Made by a program: the position numbers and the translations under genes. A stretch of DNA of 56,861 bases, filler included, from Thelocarpon superellum (lineage: Eukaryota): the NCBI GenBank assembly GCA_026025795.1. It is 3 parts of 3 records of this genome, joined end to end, with 100 filler letters (N's around TTAATTAATTAA, not from the genome) between each part and the next. Parts side by side here need not be neighbours in the genome. Positions count along the whole stretch, not along the records: positions 19,097 to 38,071 come from JAPEUG010000354.1; positions 38,172 to 56,861 come from JAPEUG010000358.1; 1 more part is not named here. One strand, written 5' to 3'. The notes below the pieces were generated by a model. The model saw only the letters and a program-made list of their open reading frames with translations, did no database searches and was not told the DNA's origin. Position 1 is the stretch's first letter, and each line of letters starts with the position of its first letter. This document shows, one piece after another, positions 25,836 to 39,128 of this stretch.

Positions 25836-28357
25836 ATGTACAATTCCCACCGTGGTATGGTGACGGCGCCGAATAATCGGTTGACCGAGCTGTTGGATCA
25901 GCTTCGCGCCGAGTTTGAGAACCAGGCCGGTCGGACGGGCGAATATGAGCATCAGAGTACGTTGCCCCCCAAATCCCATGCTTGCCCTCGCCATCTCGTC
26001 GCGTACACGGCTTCCCAATGCCGTGTACCACGCTGGCCCGGGGACCACGGTTTCGCGGCCATGCGCGCGTTGTCTGGACGCCCCTGGGCAAAGCTGATCC
26101 GGGTGCTGCCCACCAGTTGCGACACAGATGAATGAGATGGAACTGGTTCGACAAAAGGTCTACCAGCTCGAGCAAACCCAGATTGCGATCAAGCAAAAGT
26201 ACGCTCCCTCACTCTCCAAGGAGCTCTCGTCGGCAGGATGACTGATAATGGATCCATTGCAGATACGATGAAGATGTCGCCCGCCTACATCGAGAGCTCG
26301 AGGCCCGTGGAGGCCCTTCTCAACCCCCTCACGTCGGCGGCATGGCGCACAACGCCGGGCCCGCGCAGGCACCGCCTCCGTCAATTGGCCACGGGCCTAG
26401 CAACCTGTTCGGCGGGATCATGACGGGCCAGCAAGGCCAGGGCGGTCCCGGGCTGGCGCCGCCGCCACCGCAAGAGCAACAACCGCCGGGCCCACTGCAT
26501 CAGATGCCGCAGCCTCCGGCGGCCGTCCAACAACAGCAAGGTCCGCCGCCTGCCCCTCAACCGCCCTACCAGGGCTATCAGCCCGCGCCAGCGGTCAATG
26601 GTATGTCTCCCTCTCGCTCCCTGAAACGCGACCAGGTCCACCGTGCGGTTGGGACATCTGCTAACGGTGCACGATGGGTCCAGGCTATGCTTCGCAGCAG
26701 CCGCCGCAGCCCACGGCATCCCCTGGACCCGGCAAGAATCGCAATGCCCGGGGCCCGCTCGGGCCGCCAACGCCCCAGCAGACCCAACCCGCCCCTTATC
26801 ACGACCCGCGCGGCTCCCCACAGGTGGCCCGCCCGACACCGCCCCCGCCCCCGCACCAGCTGGTCAACGTTGGCAACACCCTGGCCGACCTGGAGTTTGA
26901 CCGCTTGCCCGCGAATCAGAAGAAAGAAGGTAATGATTGGTTTGCCGTCTTCAACCCACGCGTGCAGCGGGTGCTCGATGTCGACCTGGTACACACGCTG
27001 CCGCACGACAGCGTCGTGTGTTGCGTGCGCTTCAGCTACGACGGCAAGTACATTGCCACCGGCTGCAACCGCGCCGCGCAAATCTTCGAGGTCGGCAGTG
27101 GCAAACAGGTATCCCATCTCGAGGACAACACGGTGGACAAGGAGGGCGATCTGTACATCCGGAGTGTGTGCTTCAGCCCGGATGGACGACTCCTGGCGAC
27201 AGGAGCCGAAGATAAGCAGATCAGGGTGAGTCACGGCATGAGTTCGGTCGTGGGGAGGGTCACCGTCGCGGATGGCGGAGCTGACACGGCCGCAGGTGTG
27301 GGATATCCAATCGCGCATGATCAAGCATACCTTCAGCGGTCACGAGCAAGATATCTACTCGCTGGATTTCTCGCGTACCGGCCGTCTGATCGCCTCGGGC
27401 AGCGGCGACCGAACTGTGCGCTTGTGGAACGTGGAGACGCGACAGCATGTCATGACGCTCCAGATCGAGGACGGAGTGACGACGGTAGCCATCTCGCCCG
27501 ACGGGCACTACGTCGCCGCTGGCTCGCTGGACAAGAGCGTGCGCGTCTGGGATACCGCCAATGGCAACTTGGTCGAAAGGCTAGAAGGTGCCGAGGGCCA
27601 CAAAGACAGCGTGTACTCGGTCGCGTTTGCGCCCAACGGGCGCGATTTGGTCAGCGGTAGCTTGGACAAGACGATCAAGATGTGGGAGCTGAACCCACCG
27701 CGCGGCGGCCCGGTCCCCCGCCCAGGCAAGTGCATCCGCACCTTTGAAGGACACAAGGTCAGTCCGATGCCAGCTCACGCGTCGCGCCGCGCCCCAAGCT
27801 CTCTTCCGATGCTGACTGATGCCAGGACTTCGTGCTGAGCGTGGCCTTGACCCCCGACGGCGCGTGGGTGTTGAGCGGGTCCAAGGATCGTGGCGTGCAG
27901 TTCTGGGACCCCCGCACGGGCAACACGCAATTGATGTTGCAAGGCCACAAAAACTCCGGTATGCCCATCTGTTCGGGCGCCTCGTGCAGACGCATGGGCC
28001 ACTTGACCTCGGGGTGTGACGCGATGACTGATCGGAATGGCACAGTTATCTCCGTGGCGCCCAGTCCCCAAGGCAATCTCTTCGCGACCGGCAGTGGCGA
28101 TATGCGAGCGCGGATCTGGAGGTTAGTCGTCTCATTCTTCTCCCCACACCCCCTCCCTTGCGACCGACCAGTCCGCCATCCATTCCGCTTCGGGGGTGCG
28201 ACGCCCTCAACGGTGGGGTGCGGTAGGCTGGGAGCCGGTTGGGCAGGTCGTTATCGCCGCGCGTTCGGTGTGGTGGCGGCGAGGTGGTGTAGTCGTGCCA
28301 AGGCTGACTCGGGATTGCTTCCCCACTTGCAGTTATGACCCATATCGTGGACCATGA
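25836..28357 (+). CDS. TUP1: General transcriptional co-repressor Tup1/Rco-1 (Tup_N coiled coil + WD40 repeats); ~8 exons
   Basis: [14 protein letters not shown]-terminal domain, [48 protein letters not shown]. Last micro-exon 28333-28357. Confidence 0.97.
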
Positions 28358-31300
28358 GCGACGCAATGAACGGCGGCGGGCGTGGGGGGGCCTTGCGGCG
28401 TATCTAACGTATCACCGCCTCGGCTCGTTTGCCGTTGCTGCTTTTTCCAGGGGCGCATATTTCTCACACCTACGCTGGACGCGCTCTCCACCTGTATCTC
28501 CAATTTGTGACCCTACCCTGCGTCGCATCTTCCAAAAAGAAGGTTGTGCTGTGTCTATGCTCTTCCCGCCTGGCTCGGCCCGATACCAGTTCCCGTCCGC
28601 CTTGGCCATCTGCATGCGCAAAAGATGATGCATTGTTCTGGTCAACTGCTTCCTCAGGCCGGCGTCGGACGGAGGTCAGTCGTCTGGCAGGCGTCGGAGT
28701 GACCGCTGCGGTAGGCTGGAGCCACGATGCTCCAGCACGCCCCTCGCGCTGGTGCGCAGTGGTCACCGCCGCCGTCTAGGTTCGTGATGCTTGATTGTAA
28801 TCTGGTATCATCGCTTTGCCTAGAACGCACAAGCGTGCTCAAATGGAAGCTTCTCGTAGGCCCTGTCACTTGACGTGCGCCGATCCAGAACCAGAGAAAG
28901 CTCACGAGACGCCATGAGCCGTACGTGCTGGTGTCAGCCAATTCATCACCTCGTCACAGGCGCCCGCGTCCCACCAAGTCGCCGGAAGCGTGAACCACAT
29001 TTCCTATTTCGAGGTGTCGGTACTCGCCCCGGCAGGAGTGACATCGAATGACCTCATCGGGTTGGACCTTCCGTTGAGGAGGTCTGCGTGCAGGGACCTC
29101 ATCGACTTCGTCATCGAGTCCGTCGACGACCAAGCGGCCTGTCTAACGTGCATCCGCCGGGACTCACTATTGGATGTGTGCATCCACCCGCAGCGGCGTT
29201 GCCGATCGAGCTGGGCGGTCGGTTTGCCGTCTCCAAATCCTGGGATCGTATCCTTGTCCGTTGGAGCCCGCCGGTGAAAGGTCCGTATCGCTTGAAGAGC
29301 TGGGAGGGGGGAGTGGGGCCTTTAGTTGGGCACGCGCATCACGCGCGGTGCGGTCTAGGTCCTCGCCGACCGCGCGCTGCCCGCGCCATGGACTGCGGTG
29401 GCGACGATCACGTCTTCATACCTCCTGCGGCGACAGACAACGGCGTTCAGCCACAACATCAGCTATTCGATCGTTGACGCACCCTAGTACGAGAAGCAGA
29501 GATTGAACAAAAGCTAAGTCTTCCCCGCTGGAGCTCGAGCCAATCATAAAAATATCAAGGTCACATCGCTGCACCTCCTTGTGCACGTTCACGGCACCGC
29601 CTTGCATAGCTATGCAAGTGCACTGAAATAGGCAGTTCAGGTGAAGGCCTGGTGTAGGGGGTATGAAGGGCATGAGCGCACCTCGTACACGTACAATTGC
29701 TCGCACCGGGGATGCACTTGGCCCAAAGTCCTTGGTCAGGCCAGGTCCGGGCTGATCCGGGCCGGGGCGGAGGACGCAAAACATTACAATGATCCCGTCG
29801 TAGTCACGTACTGGTGACTACAGGTCCCCCATCAAACCGTTACGATTGTGCGATTACCTGGTGGCGGCCAGCCAGCACGGACGCGATCCTGTACGAGTAA
29901 CGGGACGGATCGCACCGTCGCTCACGCCACCAAGCCCAATGCCCACCCGTGGTTGAGATCGGCAGTCGGACAAGACCGAAAAAGCATCCGTCGGCACATT
30001 GGCCAGGCATGCAGCCGTCAGCCAGAAATGAGATTGACGGATTGACGATCTGAACTGTCTTGACAATTTCGATCGCTCCTCGAAGCTGGCCCGCGGGGTC
30101 AGCGCAAGGGGCGTGCCTCGTGTCAACACTTTGCACGGCGGGAAAGGTTAAGACGACGCGGCCACCAATCTTTACTGCTACCCGCCGAAGCTGCATGGTG
30201 GCGGCGCGAGGAGCTCCTCCCGCCACCCCCCGCCCGCGGCGTAACCCCCCGCGACGCCGTGGGAGGTGGAAGATCAAGACTGGCCGATGGCAATATGCGC
30301 CCGCGCCCATTCATGAATTAGCCTGCGCCCTCGTACTTGTACTTCTACCTGTACCTGTACCTCTCCCACCCCGATGCTGCCGGCATCTGACATTACCGCT
30401 TTTGGACAAAGGTGCTGGAAGCCATCCCACGTTCCGTCCGACCGGGCACGAGACCTGCGCCTCCAAGTTCACTCTCCATCCTGTCCCCTCCCCGTGCCCC
30501 GCTCTGGGATTCGAGATTGGTCGGTGAACGGCATCGTCGATCGACCGGATCATGCTCAGCCCGATCTCTGGGTATGCGAATGCGCAATGCGACCCAACTG
30601 GATGGGCACGACCTGTCCTTATGCGTTGAGCGAGGCAGGCGGACTACCTGAAACGACAAAAGGTGAGTGGTGGAGCAGACCGGGTGGCGTTTGGGACTGC
30701 CGTTCAATAGCGGCGCTAAGGAGCCTCCCACCAGGCGCACCAGCTCCACATGCCCGTCCATCCACCCACCCATACACCCTATCCATAATGCTCAGGCGTA
30801 GCGTTCGTCCGACCAACTGCCCGCGGGCGCATCTCAGCACTGCGTGCAGGGTCAATACCCACGCCCAGGCGAGTCAACTGACGCTCAGTTTGGGAAGCTG
30901 GGGACGCCAGCCGGCGCCGACACCCTTCATCGGACTAGGGTCCGTCGATGTTGCTCATGGTCCAAGGGGGCCCTGCGACCTGCCGCCTCAGGTCAGGGCC
31001 CTGCTCTAGCGCTGCCCTCCCCACGACCACCGCCCGTGCATCGTGGTCGTGCGCCTGCAGCTTGCAGATTCCAGCATGCAGCCTGCAGGGCCGAGCAGAA
31101 TCTTGGCACCCTGTGCACGGTGCGGCAGAGGGTCGATGACTCGAGCCTACCACGGTGACAGGATTAACCCAGGCCCAGCTGGACCGACCGACACAACAAG
31201 TGCGTGACCTCACTGGCCCTCGACCTCCTCGCTGACCCGCACGGCTACGCCCCACGTCCCGCGTGCACCCCATCGTTGCAGCGTACAGCGCCACGGCCGC

Positions 31301-33167
31301 GGCCAGGCTCCTCGGTTGCGGCGACTGGCTAGGCGCTGCGGGAGGCCTGATGGGAAGCCGGCTGCCGGGTGCCGAGCAGGGCGGGCAAAGTGCAGGCATG
31401 CAGATAACGTACCGGACGAGAGCGTGGAGCTCCCTCATTCCACGCGACAGCGTATCGTTATGTCATGGCATCTCGTCAGGCCCGCCCGATTCGTCGACGA
31501 GTTAGCGAGACGCCGACCACCTACCCACCTGGCTTGCTCCAGGCCATCCCCCAACTTGTACGAAATACGTACGGATCCGACCCACCAGATCGAATCGGAC
31601 ACCATCCTCCCTTGCCCTTGCCCCGAGCGAGCCATCACCTCCCACCGAGCTGCTCCCTTTGGCCTTCGGCCTCCGATACACGCTCAAGCTCCACCCCCCC
31701 GCGCGGTCTGCACGTAGTCCCTGTGCCCCCGAGATATGGCGCGTCCTAAGTGAAACCCCAGGTGCGGAGGGTGGGAGGCTGCATCGGCGCGTGGACGTGG
31801 CCCTGGCCGTCGCCGTGGCTGCGGGAGCTCGACCCTGGTCCGGCCGTGGGGTGTCGCCTGGCGTGATGCGCATGCGATCCTGCCAGAGCGCGATGCCGTG
31901 CCTCCCACCGCGGCCCGAGGGCGCCCGTCTCCCCGGCACACGCCGCCCGCAGCAGTAGATCTTAATCTTCAGCGCTGGCGGCGGCGGCGGCCGGCGCGCG
32001 AACGCGCTCGCGCCCACCGGCCGTCCACGGCCACGACACGAGAGTTCTGTCCCGTCCACACTCGCAACGTCACACGCGCTTATATGAGCACGGGTATCAA
32101 GGACAACGGCCGCAATGACGCCGCCGGCGTCTGGCGTCTGAGGTCAGCATTGCCCTCTGTCCAACCCCTCGGCGACCTCCCGCGTCCCCCGTGGCTGAGA
32201 TAAGATGATGGTCCCCGTGGAGGCGTTAGGGTAGCGGGGATGGTGAGCAATCGTTTGGCCGATACGGGGGGAGGGTGGGAGCAAGCAATCCCTTACCGGG
32301 CTCGTGGCATGTCTTCATCGGAGGAGGCCCCCACACTGTCCATCCCCACCCCCAGACTAGCGGGAGCAATCCTCCCACCCTCCCGGGGCACCCAGCGTGC
32401 CCGGAGCCAGAGCAGCGCCAGCAGCAGCACCAGGTGCAAGGCACGCAACCTGGGCCCGGCCACGACACACACGTCCACGCTGCCCTCGTCAAGCACATCA
32501 TCCTACCGCCGGAACATGCTGCTGTTGGCGCTTCGCCAGTCGATCTGGGTCGGGCGATACCACGCTCAACCAGTACATATGAGTACCTAGCATGCCTCGT
32601 TATTCTTCGCCGTCCGTCACGCCCACTTGCCGTAGCACTCCCGCCCTGGCCAGCTTGCCTTGCTGTTGCTGTTTCTGTGCTCGCTGCCATCTTGCCGTGA
32701 GCCGTTCGATCCAGGATCCCTGAACCGCTCTTCGCACCGACTGGAACGTCGAGGCTTCTCCAACTGTTATCATCCGCTCCGGCTCCTGATTCTGTCCTCA
32801 TCGCCGACCCTTTCGCCACGGGGCGCCGTGTTGTCAGCGAGACTAGAGGACCGGCCTCTTCGTGGTTTCTTGGCCTAAGGGGACACGTCGGATCGCCTTC
32901 CCTCGGTCGAGGAGCTTTGAGGCTGTCCAGGCTTTGTGCCGACACCGTGCTCCTTGCTCGTCCCATCGTGGCCGTGTACTGTTGCATTTCTGTCACGGGA
33001 CGTGCACTCCGGCCTGCGTCCATCACAACATAGCCTTGGCCCACTTCCTGGGTCGATGAGGGTGCTTTCGTCCGGGTTTCGAACACGGCAGTCCTGGAAG
33101 GACTGACAAGAACGCCCGCTTCTCGTGGGTGAAGACTACCATCGCACGACTCCAGCGTCGGGATACG

Positions 33168-34858
33168 ATGGATATCTCCGGCTTGGTGTCGTATGAATAT
33201 CGGCCGCGGCCGGGGTCTACCACAGCATCCTCGCGTGGCATCTTGCCGTCGCATGTGGAGATGAACATGTCGTCCTATGGACCGCCTCCCATCGGCAATG
33301 TGGGGTCCCTCCAGTCGGGCAGCTTCCAGTACGCCCAGATCACAACGGGATATCAACCCATGGTCTCCAGCTATGGCGGGTCATACTTGCCTGCCAGCCA
33401 ATCCCAGCAGATGCCCTCCACCGCCAACGAATCTTCTGGTCTGACGAACATAGTCGAGCCGCGGCCGCCACCCGCTCCTGCGCCACACAGCACCATGTTC
33501 AAGGCAGAGGATGACGCGACGTATCGACAGGCCTCAGCGTATTACAGGGGCGGTCCTTCGTCTCCCGGCGAACGCGGGGCGTTGAGTCTGATCACGCCGA
33601 CTGCGGATCCCGACTTCGCTACGGACGTCGATACCTTGATGAAGGCCATCCAGTCAAGGTCGAAAGCTCTGGGCCTCCCAGCGAGTCCAGGGTCTGGCAT
33701 GTCCAGCCCTCATGCTAGCGAAGGTCCAACCTTTCCCCATCTCGCCCGCCAGAGACACTTCGACGAGGGCCGGGACGGCCAGAGTCCACCGCACGAGGAG
33801 GACCGGAAAGGCAAGACGCGGTACGACTGTGATCAAGCCGGGTGTGGCAAAGGGTTCTCTCAAAAGACACACCTCGAGATTCACATGCGAGCTCACACCG
33901 GTCTCAAGCCTTTTGTAGGATCTCCTTGGCAAGAAGCCTTGATGCTCGAGACGCTGACCACCTGTCTTCTGTCGTGCAGCCCTGCAAAGAACCGACGTGC
34001 GGTCAGCGCTTCTCTCAGCTGGGCAATCTCAGGGTTCGTCCACCCCTTTCCGAGTTGCCGGATCTGGGCCAAGATTGACCTGGATCTTCAGACACACGAG
34101 CGTCGACACACAGGCGAGCGGCCATATCAGTGTGACACGTGTGGGAAGCGCTTTGCGCAGCGAGGAAACGTCCGTGCCCATAAGGTTGTGCACGAACAGA
34201 AAAAACCCTTCGTCTGCAAGCTGGATGATTGCGGCAAGGAGTTTACGCAGCTTGGCAATCTGAAGGTGTGTGATATCTGAGCTGGCATCGTGGACCGAGT
34301 GGAGGCTCTGCTGACCACGAAGAGCCACAGTCTCACCAGAACAAATTCCACGCGGCAGCCTTGAGAGAGCTGACGCAACGATTTGCGTTGCTGCGCGAAG
34401 GCGACGACGTCTCCCCGGCCGACCAGGAACTCTTCCTGTATTTTGCCAAGCTATACAAGAACTCCAACAAGGGCATCAAGGGCCGCGGCAAAGACCGCAA
34501 GATTGTCACCGCTAGCCCCGATGGCAGTATCACCTATCACCGACTCCCCTACCACAGCAGAGACGTCATTCGAAGCGAGATATATAACCAGGCAGATCGC
34601 TACGAATCGCCTACTAGCAGTCACTCGTCGCATAGTCATCACGGCGGATATGACTTCAACCAGGCTGACGTCGATATGGATGATGAGCACCATCGACCAC
34701 ATCATCATCCGCCACCACCACCATTACACCATCACACCACCGAGCGATCATACATGCTTGATCAGCCGCGTTACTCACAGCCACACATCCGCACGTCCAT
34801 GTCCAGCTATGGCCATGCGACGGGTGGAGACGCGTTTGCGGACCGGAAGCTATATTGA
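33168..34858 (+). CDS. AZF1: C2H2 zinc-finger transcription factor, Azf1-like; 4 exons
   Basis: Four fingers (FSQKTHLEIHMRAH, FSQLGNLRTHERRH, FAQRGNVRAHKVVH, FTQLGNLKSHQNKFH), then the diagnostic YFAKLYKNSNKGIKGRGK. Confidence 0.9.
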
Positions 34859-35504
34859 CAGAGGCTATCAGATATTTAGGATTTACATGGATTACTGGAC
34901 GTTCTAGGAAAGCGCGAGTTTGTACAAGTACGAGGGAGGGAAGGAATGCGAGGGGTACAGGAACATGGGAGTTTGATACACGGCAATGGATATGGGAAGG
35001 GGACGCAGAGGTAATGCAAAGGGAAAGGAATCAGAGACGGGCAAGGGAGTCAACGAATGAATTGGATCTGCCAAGAATTCCAACGGGAGAAGTGTTGGGT
35101 TTCTTATCATGCCATTTACTGGAACTGGCTGGGTACATGGGCATGATCTGGTACGGGACGGTATGTGAGGGAAGACAATGTGGCGAAATGGATACGGTAC
35201 AGGAGGGAAGGAAAGGCATGGCAATGGCACGGTACATAAGGGACAGAAAGATATGGGATAGTATACGAGGGAAAGGAACGGAAAGGAAAAGAGCGGACGA
35301 ATGGCGAGGAATTGGCCAGGGAACAGGGAACCAAAAGGAGGGATGAGGAAAGGAGCAGCTGGAAAGAAAGAGAAAAGAACGGAAAGATTGTTCACTAGCC
35401 CTTTCTGTTCTCCGAATCGTACCTCCGTCTATCTTCTAATCCACATTTTCTTTCTTCCGTATCTACATTACCGTTTGAATGGGCAGCGGATGGGTGGATA
35501 CATG

Positions 35505-36703
35505 TCATCGTGAATCGAGCAACAGAGGAAGATAGAAGCGCGCATTCTCATACACAAGGAACGTAACACAAGTCGAGGGTAGAACACGGACGAGGTTCGG
35601 GCCGAGGCTATTCAAGTCTGGCGTCAGCCGATACTACTCCACTCCCCTCAACACCTCACGCGGAGGGGCCTAGGAGTGGACGGGCGGGACAGCTCACCCC
35701 TTGTAAAAACCGCGTATCCCCTCTCGTCGCCAGATCCGGCGCACGGCGTCGGCCGTCGAGGTGTACGTCTTATGTGCGTCGTAGGTCTGCAGGCGAGCGC
35801 GCACGACCTGATACGGATACGTGACGCTGCCGGCCAAGACCTTGGCCGCGGCCGAGAGAGCGAGGTAATCCCAATTCGTGAGCTTGTGGTGGTAGTGGTG
35901 GTCTAGAGGAGCATGAGGAGCATCTCGGCGATGGAAGTCACCGGCGCGCCAGTTCTTCAGTTGCTCGTACGCCATGAACTGCACGGCTCCGTGGGATACG
36001 CCAAAGAGGGCCGGCACCAGACCGCGGTAGAAGCCAGCGATTCCCTCGGTGCGCAGGATCGTGCGGACTCCGTCGCCGAGGCTGCTGTATGCACCTGGAC
36101 TGGCTCGGCCCGTTGCTAGCATCCGCGTCTTGATCACCCATATGGGGTTCGTCAGTATCGCCGTCAGCGCTCCTGCTATACCAGACGCGCCAAGGTACTC
36201 CAGAGAGCTGAGCTGGGGCCGCGTGTCGGTCGAGGCGGGTCTGTGGGCGTGCTGTCTGGACAGTGCATTCTTCAGCTCGTTGTACCTGCGAGGATTAGAG
36301 AAACGCCGTGCCAAGGTAGGAAGGGGGAGAGAGGGCCAAAGGGGGGGGAGGGAGAGGGGTGTGGGGTACCATAGGAAATAAAGCGCCCAGCTGACACAGT
36401 TTCCCACAGCGTTGGGTGTGAATCCTCGATACAAGGCTCGAATGCTGCCTTCATCTCGGACGATATCGCGCGCGATGGCAAATGATGTCCCCCATCGAGA
36501 CGGAGAGTTGGAGTTCACTGGGAGAAGCACGAGTCAGTCAACTAAGGCAGGGGATTGATGGGAAAGGACAGTGGGTGTTACTGACGCTGAAGACGAGTCT
36601 TGATCACGTCTAGGGGGTGGACTGCCAGTGTTGATGCAATCCCCGCCGTGGCGCCGGCCATCGTCTCAACCAGCAGCGGTGGCACGCCATGTCTGTTCGT
36701 CAT
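35505..36703 (-). CDS. FLX1: Mitochondrial carrier, FAD/folate transporter (Flx1/SLC25A32-like); 4 exons
   Basis: Three carrier signatures: PLDVIKTRLQ, PIWVIKTRM, PYQVVRARLQ. Also GVSHGAVQFMAYEQLK and terminal exon LGPNLVRVLPSTCVTFLVYE. Confidence 0.88.
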
Positions 36704-37297
36704 ATGCTTGTCCGCCTCTAGGAATGAATCCCTTGATTAATGGACGAGCGGATTGTTATGGTCGTTGTATTGCTCATCAAGATCCATGAGTCAAGTTGAT
36801 TGAACTAGTTCACTGACCGGACGTCTGTGTATTGGCAAGCCGTGGCTCGAGAGCCACTGAGGCTTCTACGTCACACGTTGGTTTGAAGCTACCGAGCGCC
36901 ACATCGTGACCAATATCATCCTGGTGCCATGATCAATGTTTGCCAACGCACCGACCAATGATCTCGCATTTTAGAAATCGTACTGATACCTAATACGACG
37001 ACGGACATAGATGCAAATGACGAAGATAGTGTGCAGCGAGTGCCAACCAAGTGGAGATCTTCAGCTAAATTCATAATGTACAGGATTGAAAGGTGCTAGA
37101 TCTGTAACGCAGCATCGCCCAACCAGCGCCTGTCGAATGGTATGCATATGACGACAACCCTATGAAGTGAACATCTTGCATGGCGGGAAAGTCTCCTTCA
37201 GGATGCCTGGCTCTTTGCCCCTCACAAGTGGTCGTTGCTCCCATCGGCCTATTGTCATACGACCCATCCATTCTCCCTGTCGAGCTTGTCGAGAGTA

Positions 37298-37663
37298 CTA
37301 TCCCAGAGGAGAAAACAGTCTACCTCAAGTCTCAAGTTAGTCATTGTGCGGGATAAGGTCATATGCCTGTCGAGACACATACCGGATGAGAGATGGTCGT
37401 GGCTCGCTGTAGGTGTAGCCTACGCCTGGTAAGCTAAGGATGGTCGGCACTCAATCAGTCATCGTACCAAGATAGATGATCAAAGGCAGGTAGCCACTGT
37501 AACGGTTAGTTCGCTGTCTTCTTGCTTGGGAGGAAGATCATACTAGTGGATGGCAACCCGAGACACGTCTATGATCTTTGTGATTCTTTCCTGTAACCCG
37601 GTCAGTCCTGAATGCGTTCGTCTTCCAGATCTGACTGACTTTGGATTCTTCGGAGAGCTGCAT
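37298..37663 (-). CDS. TOM7: Mitochondrial outer membrane translocase subunit Tom7, 52 aa; 5 exons (37663-37640, 37590-37544, 37496-37468, 37419-37383, 37319-37298)
   Basis: Manual splicing at GT-AG sites gives [52 protein letters not shown], the canonical Tom7 pattern. Absent from the ORF track. Confidence 0.93.
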
Positions 37664-37915
37664 GGTGATGGTAACTGGACGCAACGAAAGAAATGAAGAG
37701 TGAAGACTCGGAGAAGCTAGAAGCGAAATCGGTGGGCTCAGAGTTGTCCGTGGTCAATTCATTTATTGGCTTGCTGGCAGGTCTGAAGTTACGGAGCTCT
37801 CTGGGAGCAGAGATCATCGCAGCCACTTTCGCTTACTTAAGCATCCGATGAAAACGATCGACGAGTTTCATGGCTGGCCGAATCCGAGCTCAGCAACGCA
37901 TCATCCACCGTCATC

Positions 37916-38071
37916 ATGTCCGGCGGGAGACATTGGTACGTGTATTTCACTGCTCTATCCTGGCATGGCCTCTAATATTGCGCAGGGAGCAGGACAAAGA
38001 GGCAACTGTCTACATCGGCAACCTCGATGAGCGGGTCACTGATAGCCTGGTCTGGGAGTTGATGCTCCAGG
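37916..38071 (+). CDS. HSH49: Splicing factor 3b subunit 4 (SAP49/Hsh49), 5' fragment truncated by the gap
   Basis: MSGGRHW|EQDKEATVYIGNLDERVTDSLVWELMLQ is the start of RRM1 of SF3B4. Confidence 0.9.
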
Positions 38072-38171
38072 NNNNNNNNNNNNNNNNNNNNNNNNNNNNN
38101 NNNNNNNNNNNNNNNTTAATTAATTAANNNNNNNNNNNNNNNNNNNNNNNNNNNNNNNNNNNNNNNNNNNN
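38072..38171. other. Artificial contig linker (44 N + TTAATTAATTAA + 44 N)
   Basis: Same 100-nt spacer as 18997-19096. Confidence 0.97.
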
Positions 38172-38270
38172 CCCACGCCCTGATCTTTCTCCCCGTCGCC
38201 TTGAGCTTGTTTGGGGGGGCGGGTAAGCTGCGCTCGATCTGCCACAGGATGACGGCTGACCACGCGCTAG

Positions 38271-38374
38271 GTTACGTGGACCCCGAGACCGACGGCGGGC
38301 TGGAGGAAGACCTGGCCTCGAGACGATACCGGGCCCTCTTGCCCGACGCCGAGCTCGACTCGGATGATGAGTAG
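38271..38374 (+). CDS. Probable last exon of an unidentified gene truncated by the contig start
   Basis: CTGAC branch site and TAG acceptor, then YVDPETDGGLEEDLASRRYRALLPDAELDSDDE*. Confidence 0.45.
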
Positions 38375-38993
38375 ATCCTCCGACGACCCAAGGCATCCGC
38401 ATCGCTCTGCCGAGGAGGCGATTGTACATTAGCTGCATAGCACGGCGCGAGCATACCCAGAAGTCTGCACTCCTCCCTCCGATCTCCCCGAGACTGTAGA
38501 TGCGTGTAATCCTCAAGCTCCAGAGACCGAGTGGGGTGTTCGGGCCCAGGTGACCCGTCACACTTGATGGTGCCTCCCGTTGCATCTTGTTGACCCTTCT
38601 TGACCTTGGAACGGCGGCGGCATTCGCACCTCTCGACCTGTTGCTCGCAGGGCCATCAAGCGTGAAGGTGCTCGCTCGTGCCGGTATGTGACACGGATCT
38701 CCCCTTCTTCACCCGGTGTAGGAGTCGGATGTGAGGTGCGGGTCATCGACATCCCGATTGGTCCCTGAAATGGTGCACCTTGCAGGGCGATCTCGATCCA
38801 GGTGGTGACATTGTCATTTCCATCACGAGGGGTGGAGACCGGGCAATGCTAGACCATCTTTGACCTTGCCTCTGTCGTGGGTCACTTACGCTACTCGAGT
38901 CACGACGGGCAAGCGAGCCGGCTGACCTCCGCCGGGCATGTGCCCGTGACGCGAAGATCTCCAGCATGGGACGTAAGTTAGACGCAATGGTAC

Positions 38994-39128
38994 TGACGCA
39001 CCTCGAAAAGTAGGCAGGAATGGGTGGTCTATTCGACGGAAGCTATCCGTCGTTCTAATATGCAGCTATGGTGGGTCACGTGCGGCAGCGTAGTCAAAAG
39101 CCTAGAGCTCCCGTATGGAGCCTCCACA
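38994..39128. mobile_element. Solo-LTR-like dispersed repeat, copy 2 (135 bp)
   Basis: TGACGCACC...CCTCCACA flanked by GTAC/GTAC. Shares long blocks with copy 1 (ACGGAAGCTATCCG, CGTTCTAATAT, GTGGGTCACGTG, TATGGAGCCTCCACA). Confidence 0.75.

Noticed and set aside
34900..35400. Purine-rich GGAA/GGGA tract and overlapping ORFs
   Set aside because: Low-complexity 3' UTR/intergenic sequence between convergent genes, with no coding signal.
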